Positions 16,001 to 30,298 of a stretch of DNA of 64,000 nt are shown piece after piece. Made by a program: the position numbers and the translations under genes. The stretch is taken from positions 5,914,659 to 5,978,658 of the forward strand of contig NW_002060948.1 in the NCBI RefSeq assembly GCF_000150275.1. The letters are read 5' to 3'. The notes under the pieces were generated by a model that saw only the letters and a list, made by a program, of their open reading frames with translations, was not told where the DNA came from and ran no database searches. The stretch's first letter is position 1. Every line of letters begins with the position of its first letter. This DNA is from Trichoplax adhaerens. Lineage: Eukaryota; Animalia; Placozoa.

Positions 16001-18231
16001 TAATAGTCTGTAGTTTGTAGCATCTATTAAGAGCAATAAGAAAAAATGATTTATTTTTAAGTATGTAATGTAAATTTTTAACTTTACAAGTGTAATGGAG
16101 ACATATGAATCTTGAAATTGAACAAATCAAAAGTAACCCTATCAAAAATAACGAAATGGTTGCCGCTAAACTTAGACGATATCATATAATTATGTGTAAT
16201 ATGTATTACAGATCAACTGTTCTTCCAGTCCGTTTATTTGTCGTTCAGCCAAGTTATAAATAATCAGCTGGCAATAACTGATTCTGCCTCTAATAAACTG
16301 TAAATTCGATATTAATTAAATGCAAATTAAACTTATTTGCATATGATTATAATTAACTGTCAATACGGAGTGCTTCGTAAATTACATCTCAAATCATTCC
16401 CACAATCAAATTCTCCTTTCATCCCATAAAAATAGCCTATTTCATCAAAAGTTTCACTTGCATTACTGCTTTAAAGTTTTCAAGTTTACTAAACATCGAT
16501 TACAAATTACATGCTAGTAGCTAATTAGTAAAATCAAAATTAATGAGGGCTATTTTTAAAGTAGAAGCTAAGATTATCTACGGTACTATCTTATTGCGGG
16601 AATAATGATGATCTCGCAATAAGTCGATCTAACAATAGTGAATAAAACAGTGTACTACGTAAAATTAGTTGTTGAAACACTGCAGCAAAGATTGTAATTA
16701 GACAACATAAGAAGTACGCAGCTAGGCCTCATGCTCTCGGACCGACTTCCCTCCTGCAGGAATCAATCTTATGTAATTTCCTTCCTATTACGATAGCCCA
16801 AAATGGCTAGATAGATACCTGTTAGATACCAATAAAATGTATCGACTAATTTTCTTATTTAGTTTCTACGTTCAGAATGACTTTTATGAGTGTGAGATAT
16901 CAATGCAATCCTTATCAGATTTTCTTTTCCGGCTTCTCTGTTAAGTATGGCCACGGATCGTTAGACCCAAACTAGGCTGGATTGTCATTCCTCATCCTTG
17001 ATCAATCAAACTTTGATACTTTAGCTTATTACCAGCGACTCTATCTCATCTGCTAATAAAACTTTGCCACCATTTAACCAGAAGCAACATCCTTGACACT
17101 ACTAATTCCATCCTGACTGGAGCCATCATCTTACTAATTACCCTTAGGACACTTATATCGCTACAAAATCTACTTTCCCACTCTAAGTTTTCAGTATAAA
17201 ATATTAGATCCTATTCAACTCGAATTTTTGACAATTATTTGTTGAGGATAACCGATGCTTTACATGGATAAGATTTTTCATATTTCTTTTTAATATATCT
17301 TGCAACGTTAAAAGACTATGAATTTAGATACAGATGTAAAGTAAATTTACAGATTGTTCTGCTGTATCTACTTCATCTTTAGTGCATTTACTTTATCCTT
17401 TAAAACTGGTAACATTAAACTAAAGCAAATATCCTATTTAATAAACGGTAGAGCTTTAAATCGAATCATTTACTAGCTAGTTGTTCACTAGCTACTGCTA
17501 ACAGGTAATGAAATCATTCTACCGCATTTAAAATAAGAGCTAGCTTGTGAGTGACGATGTTGAAATATGCAGCCATCGATTATATAATAGCGACTCACAG
17601 CCCATATGCTAAACAAAGACGGCAATAACAGATTTTCAAGTATGCATATAACGGTAAATACCTCATGCATGCTAGACCCCTAACGTACAAATTTCGTAAG
17701 AAAGGGTAGTCACTCATTAAACTTTAATTAATTATTTTAATTGATAATACGACGGCTGAACAAGGTAAACATCCTAGGCTCGATTGAAAGAGTAAAAGTA
17801 GCCCTTATATAATCTCCCTGGTCATGGTACAAAACACAAGCTAATTCAGAGAGCATAGGAGAATCAAGATAGACTTAAGCTCGTACAGCTCATTACACCC
17901 TACATGTAAAAAATTAAATCAGACTAGCTTGCACAACGCTACATAAAATGGAGCCATTATGAGATTTTTCAAATAGCTAGTAAAAATTTATCCAAAAATT
18001 AAGGAATCATTTTTTAGATTACTTAGTGTTTCTCATGAACTGCAGTAGTAAAGAGAAAAAACTTGCAAAACGTTACCTTTACTTTATCTGAAGTCGAAAA
18101 CACAACAAACTACTGGAGTAAATACGCATAAAAAAGATATCGCCACGTTTACAAAATAACATCTAGGACTATCAAAGTGCTGATTAATCGCTGATTAATT
18201 CCTTTATGTACTCTACTATCAAGTGGCATAT

Positions 18232-20456
18232 TTAAACTGAATAGTTATTTTGTAAATTATTATTGGCCGGTAGATAGTTATAGTTCATTCCACTAGAGTC
18301 TTGCAGCATTTGCTATGAAATAATAAAACTGGATCAATATATGTATGTACATATAAAGTAAATTCTCGCTTTACTTAGAAATAGGTACACTTACCGGTCG
18401 AATTGAAACATTAACATCGTGGGTTAACGTTTGTTTTGGCATCCTACAATACATTATAGAACTATGCATGCTGTAGTACAAGAAAAAGAGGTAAATGGCA
18501 GCAACTACGCCAGTACCACAATAACCAAAAATCAATTGAGTATTAGATGGTTTAAAGAATGGGAAAATTTGCACAATTGCAAAGAGCCATCCAAGGACTA
18601 ATTTTTTCATATTCACTAATGCTACTCCACAAAGAGCCAATCCAGCAATAACCGTAAGGATGGTAAAAATCGAAAACACCAGATGAGTTGTTGCCTGCCA
18701 GAATCAGTATAATAAAGTAGCTTTAAGGACTCAATAGCAGAAAAATAAATACTTTAAGCTTTAAGTTAGCTTAACTACATTATCATTAATGCTAGTTACT
18801 ACGGAATTTACCACATTTCCCGTTACTAATGTCTGCTAAGTGGTTTATCAGTGCGCAATGAGGTCGTAAATGCAGTAGTAATAAGGCTTTTAAATAACCT
18901 TTTGTAAACTTAACTTTATTGCTAACTTAGACGTTGTATTAGCTTTCTTTTGTTATTAATATGTAATTATTTATTAGATTTAGTAAATAATAAGACAACA
19001 TTAATCAATACAAAATTATAATCTGTTCTTACCGCGCAGTGTCTATATTCACCATTTCTGTATGCACAGATTCCTATGATGCTAGTGATAAAAAGCTGTA
19101 ACATTCGTTAATAAGAGCAATGAGAATAATCGACTCGTTTATACGAAATGTACGATCGAATTTTAAACTTTACTAGAATAATTAATTAGCGTAAATTTTT
19201 GCCTTAAAGTATACCGCATTCAGCTATGATAAGAGCAATAAAATGCATGTACACTAGTCTAATTTGATGCCACCTTATTAATTGTAAAAGTATGATAGCC
19301 ACTAGCTTTAGTTAGCCAAGAAACTATGGGCGCGCAAGCTGTATGATAACCATTTTCTTATCGGAATACTGTATAAGTATCAATTTTTCAACTTCATATT
19401 AGAAGCTAGGTCAGAAAATGAACGCTTTTACTTCTATTTACGAGTATACGCGCAAACGCCTACTGTGATACATACTAATGTATAGTAAGGCAAAAACAAT
19501 GATACATAATTCTTTGCAGCAGGAAATAGGTTTAACTGGTTAAGTACGACTTCAATAATAAATTGTAAGATGATGATACCAGCCCTTAGGAGACTAGTAG
19601 CATCAAAGATCTTGCATTCAAGCGTTTAAATAGTCGACTTTTATTAGTGAGTAAAATAGAGACGATATATGTAGCCAATGATCTACGCCTCGGTATATTT
19701 AGGTGGTTTAAAATAGTCGAGGGCTAGGGAGAATAAATTGATAAACATCTTTATCAAATGTTGTAACGACGGATATAAAAGGCTAACTCTTTATTAGGAG
19801 TGTAGTCTGAGATCTAGCTGTTTATAGATTACGTTGTTTAGGTTAGCTCCTGTAATATTCTACGATAATTTTAAGTAATCGACTATTTTTTATTTGCTAA
19901 TATTATGAGGCGATTCATTGAGTGACCTTTCTATAGTAGGGATAAAAATAGTACTTTATGAAAGTAGGCATAGTTCAAGTGATATTCAGACCTACTTATG
20001 CGGATAAATTAATATAAATGCAAAATTGTTCAAATATATATATATATTCACTGTCTTGAATTAGCCTAGTTCAGTTAACTTTCATCCCTTCAGGCTACTT
20101 TTTCTGTGTTCTAAACTTTCACTTTCAAACGTTTGTTTGGGATTTTAGTTTAACAAGGGATGTTTCTGATTCAGGTAAGTGCCATGCTAACGTAAAATAA
20201 TACTTGTAGAGTATTTAGACTGTTACAACCGACTCACCATACCAGGAACCCAAAACCAATGATAACCTTCAACCATCCCGATGGTAAAAGGACCAACTTT
20301 ATCAGGTAAGATTAATCCGGCTACTCCGACACCAGCGATAATAATAGAGAATACCAGAGAAGCAATGGATAAACTACAAATAACTTTTAACGAATTGCTC
20401 CATTCTGCATTAGCAGAGTTTTGAAATTTCATAACGGGTGCTGGTATTTGATTCAT
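18232..20456 (-). CDS. MS4A/CD20-like four-transmembrane protein, copy 1 (4 exons, 220 aa, intact)
   Basis: Phase-0 exons at 20456-20238, 19095-19033, 18694-18395 and 18312-18232, all GT-AG. There are four hydrophobic segments. GYHWFWVPGMLFITSIIGICA resembles the MS4A TM2 (GYPxWG..FI.SG), and the cytoplasmic tail is Tyr/Asn-rich. Confidence 0.75.
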
Positions 20457-23036
20457 AATTGCAATTTTTCGGTACTAACTTGACGATTGAAAGGAGAACG
20501 TGACGACCGATCTAGTTTATCTTAACTTTAAGAATAGTCTGATTCTTCTGAAATTTATGCGTACACTAACAATAGCACGCTCATAAAAATAAAATCAACT
20601 CACGTGGCTGTTAAAAGTGTTATTCATAACGCTTGTAAGCCAATCTTTTAAAAGTTCATCTTACTTTCTAGTTACAGTTGTAAACAAAAGATTTTCATTA
20701 CAATATAAAAAATAATGATATGCAATGCGGGATAGGCCTTGGAAAAATATAATTTACAAGAAGTATTTTCCATCCTTTTTATCTTTTGCTATTTGTATGA
20801 CACTTATTGACATTACTTTATAAACATTGCATTCTTCTAGAAATTATGAGTTTCTGTAAGTCACATAAGTACGGTAATAATTAAAAACATGACCCAAATT
20901 ATGGTTTGCAAGTACGTATTAACCGAGATTGCGGTACTTTTTCGCTATCAAGCCGACAGCCATAATAGAATTGATATATAATTAGGGTATTTTGGGTTTA
21001 AACACCTTACAGTGGTAACGTTGGTGAAATTTCTATCTGCTAATAAATATCGTAACTACCGCTTTCAACGGCAAACTCTTCGAGCTAGCAAAACTAAAGT
21101 ACTGTAACGCCTAACTACTGAAATTAGCTGAAATTATTACAAGTACTTATTCCTTTCATAGCTTAATCAGTGGAGCGAGTGAACCTAAGTGAGTGACTAT
21201 AATTATAATTTTAATTAAATAAAAGTACTATTACATTTCGTACCACAAACTCATGCAGCAGGTAGTATGTATCTTACCAGAAATATAATCGCACACTGTC
21301 TCGTTAGGTTTACGAACAAGGCCGTGAGCATTTGGTGCATGTTATTGTACTGACTATAAGAACTTCACAAAGTGGATTTAATATGCTTCTCTGATGTATA
21401 AGATACAATGAGTAATTTCAAGAAAGTCTTTTTAATAGCAAAACAATTGTTTAATTGAATAGGGACTGTAATAGAGTTTAAAATATCACATGATTTATTT
21501 TACACCATTTCCGCGCCGAAAAATAATACTACGAGTAGCTTTCTTGAAGTCAATTTTGGCTATTATCTCATAATCTTAAAATTTTTAAAAAGGAGGAATT
21601 TAAAGAATATAGCTGATCTACTGTATCTTTGCAGTCTCAATAGGCTTACTTCTAGACAATGTCGGCAAGCAACGATTTCTATTATTAGTTGTCTTTTGAT
21701 ATAATTTTCTTTGTCAACGTGTACGAATGGCGAATGTCTGAATAGATTCATTGACTACCAAAAGGAATTACTGGCACTCAACTATTAGTTTTATTTTTCA
21801 CGAATAGTGGTAGTAGGCTTTGATTTAATTGATTAAAACATATATACATCTAAACTAAAAGTCACAATAGTACAAAGGCTAAATCGGCATTCATTTGCTT
21901 AATTCTTTATACAAGGATTAGTCTTACCCAAAATTTTTATAAAAAGCTTGATTGGCTAACTCTTGCGGTATTTAAAGAATAAATTATACTGTACTAATTT
22001 GATTACACATCTGCTAGTTATTGACGATATAATGGTCATTTTTCGATCTCGAGCTGCAATTAAATTACTTATATTGATTTGCAGATTGCACATAGTATAC
22101 TATTCTAAAAGATAAATCCTGTAATAGTACCTATAACTATCAACAGCAGTGTTGCATTAGTTCTATAGTATTAATAGGATAAATGCAGTTCAATTACATG
22201 CTTAGAAATTTTCAAGAAAATGCAGAAGAATGTACTTATAGTATACTGTACTGTAAGCATAGAAATTGAAAGGCACCACTTGTTATTTTTGGATCGAGTT
22301 TTCAAAACTAGCGACAAGCGGAATCGTGTATAAGATCGTATGATGATAATTATGCAAGTTTTCCACCGTATTTTATGATATTTCCTTTCGAAATTGTTCG
22401 ATCAATTAAACTGATTTCTAACTGTAGTTTAGAAAAATGATTTTACTTTCGTATGTGCTTCTAAATGAAATCTCTGATAAAATAGGGCAAACAGATACTG
22501 TAGATTTCGTAATACCACTAGGGCTATACAAATATTTGGAAAATTACACGTAAACTATCTCATTCGCTATTAGACACCAATTTAAAATTTAAAAGTATTT
22601 TGAAGTCCCGAGCTATAAAATATGACTATTTACTAAATTCATGCTCCTATGTACTTTATTATTGTTAAATATGCAAAAAACTGTCCGATGTCCACTACCT
22701 ATCGTAGCCCGAGAACTTATTTCAGCTTGAACCTTCATTGAATATAATTACACAGTAAGCCCAAACTATTATATGCAGTGCGAGTACAGTTGACAGGCCT
22801 TCCTATTTGCAAGCAATGTGCCGGCATGTACATTATACAATAACTGCAGTATCTTAAAAAATATAGAATGATCTGGAACTAAGAACCAAAATTACTGGGC
22901 ATAAATACATATGGATCACTGTATCATGAAGAATTAAAATATACCAACAATCGGAGAAATCAGTGGCAGATTAGAAGTTGATTTATAGAATTTCCTTTAT
23001 TTTTTAGACCGGATAGTAGAAATACTTAATTAATAC

Positions 23037-24446
23037 TGTAATAAAGGACTAAAAGTAGAGTCCTTTATAGCTTTTAGTATGTAACTAGTATTATTTTACT
23101 ATAGAAAATACCTATAAAGTGATAGTGTCTTTATGTTTTACCCTGCCAAATCATCATGTCGCCATATTTTCTTCTTCATTATTTTACATAGTATTATATA
23201 GATTGCTATAGAAGTAGCCGTAGAGCAATTGCCTAACCTGAAGTAAGGGTGTTAGATAGTCTATTCAAAATGTAAATGAATTTGACTTAGTAACAAAACC
23301 CTATCCGTAGAGAAAGGGGATTTATAACATGACAGTCAAGTGTTGTGATGTAGTCTATAATCGTACAGTTACCGTACAACCTGACGCTAAAACATTAACT
23401 GTCAATACTAAGCGATAATAATGTCAGAAAAGTAATCGTAGTAGTCATATAAAATTTCTTGATAAGCGATTGCTGTGATCTTTATATAAAATCTGGATTT
23501 TTGGGATTCGGATTCCGGAACCGGTCGGATTTATGTCCGATATAATTTTTCTGTATTAATTTATCTATTATAATTTTTCTGTATTATTTATCTATTTTAA
23601 TTTTTCTGTTTTAATTTTTGGATTTTAGTTTATGAAAAATATCGTAAGAGTTGATTTTTGAAATTTGAACTTTTTGTTATGAATTTGAAACTTTGCAATT
23701 TTATGACGTGACATGAAAGTCACGTCAGGAAAGTTTAGTTAGGAAAGTAGAAAATAAGATGGAAATTGGCAGAGGTGGTGTTGATTGTTAAGTAGTTAGA
23801 CTGTTATTTTTATGACTAAATCTTGATGTTTAAAGGTAAATTTTTAGACTTTTATAGTGTATTAATGATAGAAATTATGTTAGAAGTGAAGTTTGATATA
23901 TTTTCATTGTTAACTTTTTGGTTTTATAGTGTTTTTTAAGGGAATCATAGGGTAAATTGTGTCTGAACTTTGAATGATTTTTGTTTTCTTAAATGGTGCA
24001 AAGTAGTTTTCTAAAATGGATCTTAAGAGCTATTGGTTATCAGTGTTTAGTTTTCAATACCTCTGACGGCTCTGCGAAGCCTATAAATGATAGTGAAATT
24101 AGAAAATTTAAGGGGAGAGTAGAAGATTCTTTTGAAGAACTTGTTGAATTTAAAAGGCCTTCGGGGTCGAATTGTCGTAAGTTAAAACGTTCTTCTTTTT
24201 GAAAGGTTGTTTGGTTGTTGAGTTTTTAAGCCTGTCACTTATTTTATTAATACTTAAAGTTAAGTATTTGTAAGGTTGTTCGGTTTATTCTTCTCTCTAT
24301 TTTTTTGTAATAAATTGTTGATCGATTATTTCCCCAAATTTTATTTGGTGTCAAAGTTTCGTTAAGTCGACCGGAGTGCAACGAAAGTAGAATCAAAGTT
24401 TATTAAAGTTTTGTAGATTGATCTCTACATTTTTCATTTCATTACA
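23037..24446. mobile_element. 1.4-kb TG...CA element (solo LTR or non-autonomous Ginger-like), copy 1
   Basis: Starts TGTAAT and ends ATTACA, with a 24-bp imperfect terminal inverted repeat. The probable TSD is ATAC (one A shared or lost at the right junction). Highly similar to 54806-56254. Confidence 0.85.
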
Positions 24447-25577
24447 TACCTACATGAAGTATGTGTAGCAGTGATAGAGTAGCTGATCCGGTATAATAGT
24501 ATGAATGTTATAATGACTACTATAAGGTAAAACCTGTCTAAAAATGTGTACCGATTGCCACAGCTTAATTTAGAGTACTATGAAGTACTATTAAATAGTG
24601 ATATTGAAGATATGGTACCGTCATCGATCTGCAAAGTACTATATATGAAAGTTAGTGTAGTTTGGTAGTCCAGTTAGGCAGTTTGTATAGAAGTCTGGAG
24701 GTGGACTAAAGAAAGGAAGGCATTTCAGCGTATTTTATATAATTTTTATAGTCTTTTCTGCTTTGTTGATGATAGACGGATTAAGACAGTAGTAACTGTT
24801 CCCCATGTATAATTTATCTTTATAGCCTATTACTTAATTATAATGTTATAATTTTCTCGCGGTATTTTTATAAATTTGAAGAATTTATTAAGATTAACAT
24901 AAAGATTGATGTTTTCGTAGCAAAAAACCTAAAATGGTTAAAGGTAGTTCTATTGCAGTAGTGTCTCAGAATTGCTTCTCGTGGTTACTGTACTGTACTC
25001 TATTAACCAAGTTCTATCTCTAAATCATATCTAAATTCGATCAGATCTATATGTTATTTAGGGATGAATATTTTATCTTAACCTCGCTTCAAGACGGGTT
25101 TTAGGATCAAAGATGCTTTTCAGCTTTCGGTAGAATTATTTTCCATTTGAAATGCTATTATTATGTTTTGACGTCATTTTATTGTAGATAATGATAGACA
25201 AGAGCTGCATATATTGCTACTGAAACACTGAGTAGTTTTTAATAAAAGGAATCAAAGAAATTATAAAATGACAGTTCCTATATGGGCTAGTTAGGTTATA
25301 ACAATTACAAGGAACAATATTAGAAAAATTAAGTAATCAGTTTACTCATAATTATTCGCCACCAAACTTCCGGGTATGTCGTCATACTCTATTATAATCG
25401 TTCTAACTTTCTACAGAGCAGTCGAGTTAGACATCGATGCTGATATTCTAGTCTATGGTCTTTTGTTAATATTTGAACGATTAGCTATTTTGATAATGAG
25501 ACGAAAACAGCATATTTTTACGCCTGTTTATCTGTAACATTTTTAAAGGAAATATTAAAATATAATAAGCAACATCA

Positions 25578-28500
25578 ATGCATTGCTTATTGATTTACTT
25601 CATTTTGGTAAGTCGATTAAGATACATTTTTAACAAAATTTGAGAAATTATAGCTACAATTCTTATTGTATTTAAGAGACCAATTAATAGCAGTAACTTC
25701 TATTACTACAATTGTAATTCTGATGCTTATTTAATATATTTTTATACCTGTCTGATAGTTGCAACTTTGACCCGTATCCTAATGTACGGGACTAAATACT
25801 GTAATAAAAATTTTATATAAAAGCTTATCGACATTATTGTACAATAATATGTTTGATTAAAGCTTATTCTATTGATATTGATTCACGATACATCATAAAT
25901 TTAATAATTATTAACAGCATAAAATACTAGTCAAAATTTTATATTACCTTCATTGCCTGTAATATACTACTAAATGTAAAATGATTCAGCATAGAAAATA
26001 AAACGGCAGGATATAAAAATGTTAAAATGAAATGCAGTAAGAATGTAGAGCAAGCTTTTAAGTAATGTGTAATATTCATAGCATTAAATAGAGTGCCTTA
26101 TCACTACGCATCAGTGAATTCATAATAGCGAAAAATTTAAAAATTATGTTACCAAATTCCACACGGTAATAATTATGAGAGGAGACGAAGTATACCTAAA
26201 ATCTTTACCAGAGTATTTCAATTATAATTGTATTATGTATAGTGTAATTGTCGAAACGCCTAAAAAATAACTTAATAGATAGTAGACAACCATTAAATAA
26301 AAGAATAAAATTGATACTGTACGAGTGAGATTCTAGATTGCCTGGAATCTTGAGATTGTGCTAAGCACACATCCGTGCTAAATGGTTACAGTAAATATTG
26401 TAGTGTTTGTTAAAAATGTCTTATGAAGGTGATTGGCAGCAGAGATTAAGCAAGTAATTTGATATTAGATAAATGAGGAATTATAGATCAAATATACTTA
26501 AATCGTAAAGCACGTTAGCAGATTTCTTCTCCTAGAGGTAGAGTTGTTCTTGGATGAAGAAGTAGTTTATGTAAAAAGATGAACTTTATAAATTATCTAA
26601 TCTTGATCATTTCTGATTTTGAGACAATTTACAGGAACTACTTAATCAAAATTTTACCCCAGTGTACAATTTTGATTGAGTAGTCCCAATAATTTATCGC
26701 ATGGCACATTTTTGTCGGACTAATTTTCCTATAAGTCTAATACCTAACAAAACTTATCGTGAAATAAATTTCGAAACAACCCAGAAACATAAAAACAGAA
26801 ATTTAGAGTTATTGAATTAAAGCAATAGTCTATAAATGTAATAACTTAGTAGAATTATAAAATTTATTGTTAGCCTCAATGAAATTCTACTCTTCTCTAG
26901 ATTGCCATATTTCAATCAACGATATTGGTCGTTGGCACATCAGGTAAATTAGTGTATTAATTTTTTACATTGCATCCTAATCCTTATGGTTCAGCAGTAA
27001 TTTCTTTGCTCATTTAAGAGTAAGAATATTATCTTCATTCCCGTACTAATTTAGATACAAACCTTGTATCAGTAGTTTTAATGACCAGCTCCGTCTGCCT
27101 TGGTACTTTTCATCTGACCAGTATAAGCGATCTAGAGATTAGAACTATTTAATACAAGACTTTTTATCACAGTTTTTGAAATTATACAATCCTATAGACT
27201 GTATAAATATAGTAGTAGGCATGCTTTATAATATTAGCTTACGTATAACAAGAAAAATTAGCGATATGCCCATCTTCAAGATCTGTACAGAAAGGACTTT
27301 TGATAAGATCCATATGTTTATGTATCAGCGTACAGTATCCCTGAGATAAATTACAATTTATCTCTCAATAGATTAATACGTAATATATAGATTTTATTAA
27401 ACTAACTACTATTATTACCTGACTAGATGATTATTGTGCATTACGCCCGTGTCAAAATAATGGTACCTGTACGTTAATTAATGGAAGAGTGCATTGCAGT
27501 TGCCGATCGAGCTATTATGGAACTCGTTGCCGAGACTGTTAGTACATTATTGCGTTATACCGTAAATAATATTACAATAGCGTGATTAGCTGCATTTTCC
27601 TCTAGAATTTTCGCTAAAATAAATTGGCAGATTAGGAACGGTTAAACTTTCTTGCTTATTTAAGCTCATTCAAGAATTCTAAAATATTTACTGTATCATT
27701 GACGTTCTATTACTTATAATTTCTCTTACCCTTAATCTAGATACGGCGAATCCAGGTAAGATTATATTTTTAAAGCTTAATTTCTAATACTTTAGAGGAC
27801 TGCTATTGCCATTCACGTTTAGTAATGATTAATTTTGAAATTACCTTATTTTTCCGATCGAATTCCAGTATTTTGATATAGCTGTATTTTGGTGATTATC
27901 TGCAATTGAATATACTTTACGGCTATTTTTGAAAGATTCTTATCTAGCCAAATCATATTTAAATGATTTCAACTGAACTCATCTATATGAGTATTGCGAT
28001 ATAGTTTAGCTAAATTAAATGCGATCTTTACTTATAACTAAATAATTTTCAAAAGGCTGCATTTTACGATTAACAGAACAGCTATGAATTTTAAAGATTA
28101 CGATTTATGAGATTATCAAAATTCGATAAAGTATATGATTCAGTTTAGATCTAGTCATTCTATTCATTTAACTTTATCAAAGGAATCAGTATGTATGCTA
28201 TGTTATTTGTATGCTGCATATATATGTATCTACTACATAATTATTTAAATTACTAAAAATAACTTGGAAGTAATTAAATTTCATTTTATGTGAACGGAAA
28301 CAGCAAAAGAAGGCCAGCTTCACTTAGCAAGTAGCACTACCGGTCGTAAGGAACGACTAGAGATTTATCACAACAATAATTGGGGTTCAATTTGTAATTC
28401 CGGTTTCAGCATTTTGAATGCAGAAGTAGCTTGTAAACAACTAGGATATTCGACAGTAAAGCATTATGGCGGCATAAAACATGATGAAATCGGATATATT

Positions 28501-29475
28501 TGGCTTAGCAACGTTAATTGCAAGGGCTACGAATCTTCTCTCTCAGATTGTGCTCATTTAGGATGGGGTGTTCATTTCGACTGCTTCGATGTTACACTAA
28601 CATGTTACAATGGTATGTAAATTTCATTTTCTCATACATTGTTAGCTCCTGTACAATAAAGAGTGCCAGTATATAATTAACCTAATATTAAGAAAGACTT
28701 AGCTTATATATAAAATGCTTGTTGTTTGATCATCATATTTTCGGGATATACTCGCAATATATTCATAATTTGCAGTATTTTTCCTCATCAAAATGATAGC
28801 ATACGAAATGAATGACTTTAAAATATTTTTCACAGATACATTAATGCTGGCTATATAGAATTTAAGTCTGAATAGTTGATTCTCTCAGTCTTTCCTTTAA
28901 ATCGATTGTACAACTCTACTCCTCTAGAACTTGTAGTAAATCTTCTTGATTTTAAAATAAGAGTGTATGAAGAATTTACCGAATATCTCATTTTACCTAC
29001 TGTTAGTGATAGTAAAATATTATCCACTACTAGTAATGGCTATTAATTTTCTTCATAAACTCTACCCACGTTTTACTTTATTATCAGGTTTACAATTGAA
29101 TTTAATCTAATTTGGTATTATGTTGCACTGACATTATTTTAATAGAAACTGAACTTGAAAGCGCTATACAAATCCGTCTTGAAAACACACATGGGTTAAA
29201 TTCAACAGGACTAGTCCAAATTCTGTACAATGGAAAGTGGGGCTCGGTATGCAGCCAGAATTTTGATTACACTGATGCAAGTGTTATCTGCCGACATCTT
29301 GGATTTTCGAAACCTATCGCATATGGTCCAGGATATGGAAAAGGGAATGGAACCATCTGGCTTAACAATATCAGATGCAATGGTTATGAATCATCAATAA
29401 CAGCATGTAATCACGATGACTGGGGAGTTCACGATTGCAAGCATGACGAAGATATCGGAATAACGTGTTTTGACA
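25578..29475 (+). CDS. Secreted/extracellular EGF-SRCR-SRCR (scavenger receptor cysteine-rich) protein; 3' end uncertain
   Basis: Exons 25578-25607 and 26901-26943 give a signal peptide (MHCLLIYFILIAIFQSTILVVGTS). Exon 27427-27537 is EGF-like (DYCALRPCQNNGTC...CSCRSSYYGTRC). A 15-nt microexon lies at 27741-27755. SRCR exons at 28304-28612 and 29146-29475 show WGSxC, VxCxxLG, IWLxNxxCxGxESSxxxC and WGxHxC. Exon phases are compatible. Confidence 0.88.
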
Positions 29476-29958
29476 GTAAGTCATAAAAAACGTTATATTT
29501 TTTTCTTCAATCCCAAGTTTGTCATTATTTGTTTATATTTGGTAGTATAGTTATATTATATCAATTTACTTTAGACATTTTGAGTATTTGTGATGTTTAA
29601 TGGCACCATTGTGATTTAATATCAACTTGACTTCTTATATTTTTATTAATGAAAGTGGATAGAAGGTTCTAAACTCAATTCGTATTAATATGTGAACATA
29701 GTCATATTATGAACATTTATTATAAGACGAATAGGTTTAGTATCCTGTAATAAAACCTGTTCTACTGACTGTAATTAAAATGTAGTTGAAACAAGTAATT
29801 TTAAGAATAGCAGATTTTATTACTGGTTCTCTATCGATTGAGATACTACGTACAAAATAGTACAACAAGCTCTGACAGACAAAGAAACTTCCTACAACAG
29901 CAGATCTTAGAAAAGAATGACTAAGAGCAACAATGACAGAAAAGCGTAGCTACTTAAA

Positions 29959-30298
29959 TGTAATGAAATGAAATGTGTAGAGATCAAGCTACGAAACTTT
30001 AACAAACTTTGATTCTACTTTCGTTGCACTCCGGTCGACTTAACGCTAATACTTTGACACCAAATAAAATTTGGGGAAATAACCGAACAACAATTTATTT
30101 CAAAACAAAAATGGAGAGAAGTATAAACCGAACAACCTTACAAATACTTAACTTTAAGTATTAATAAAATAAATGACAGACTTAAAAACTGTCAACGACC
30201 AAATAACCTTTCAAAAAGAAGAACGTTTTAACTTACGACAATTCGACCCCGAAGGCCTTTTAAATTCAACAAGTTCTTCAAATAAAATCTTCTTCTAC
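29959..30298 (-). mobile_element. Truncated, inverted copy of the 1.4-kb TG...CA element
   Basis: Reverse complement of about 55915-56254, starting TGTAATGAAATG; identity stops abruptly at 30298. Confidence 0.9.

Noticed and set aside
23993-24202. Short ORFs inside the 1.4-kb element (also 55849-56040)
   Set aside because: Frames are not preserved between copies because of indels, so they are probably non-coding.
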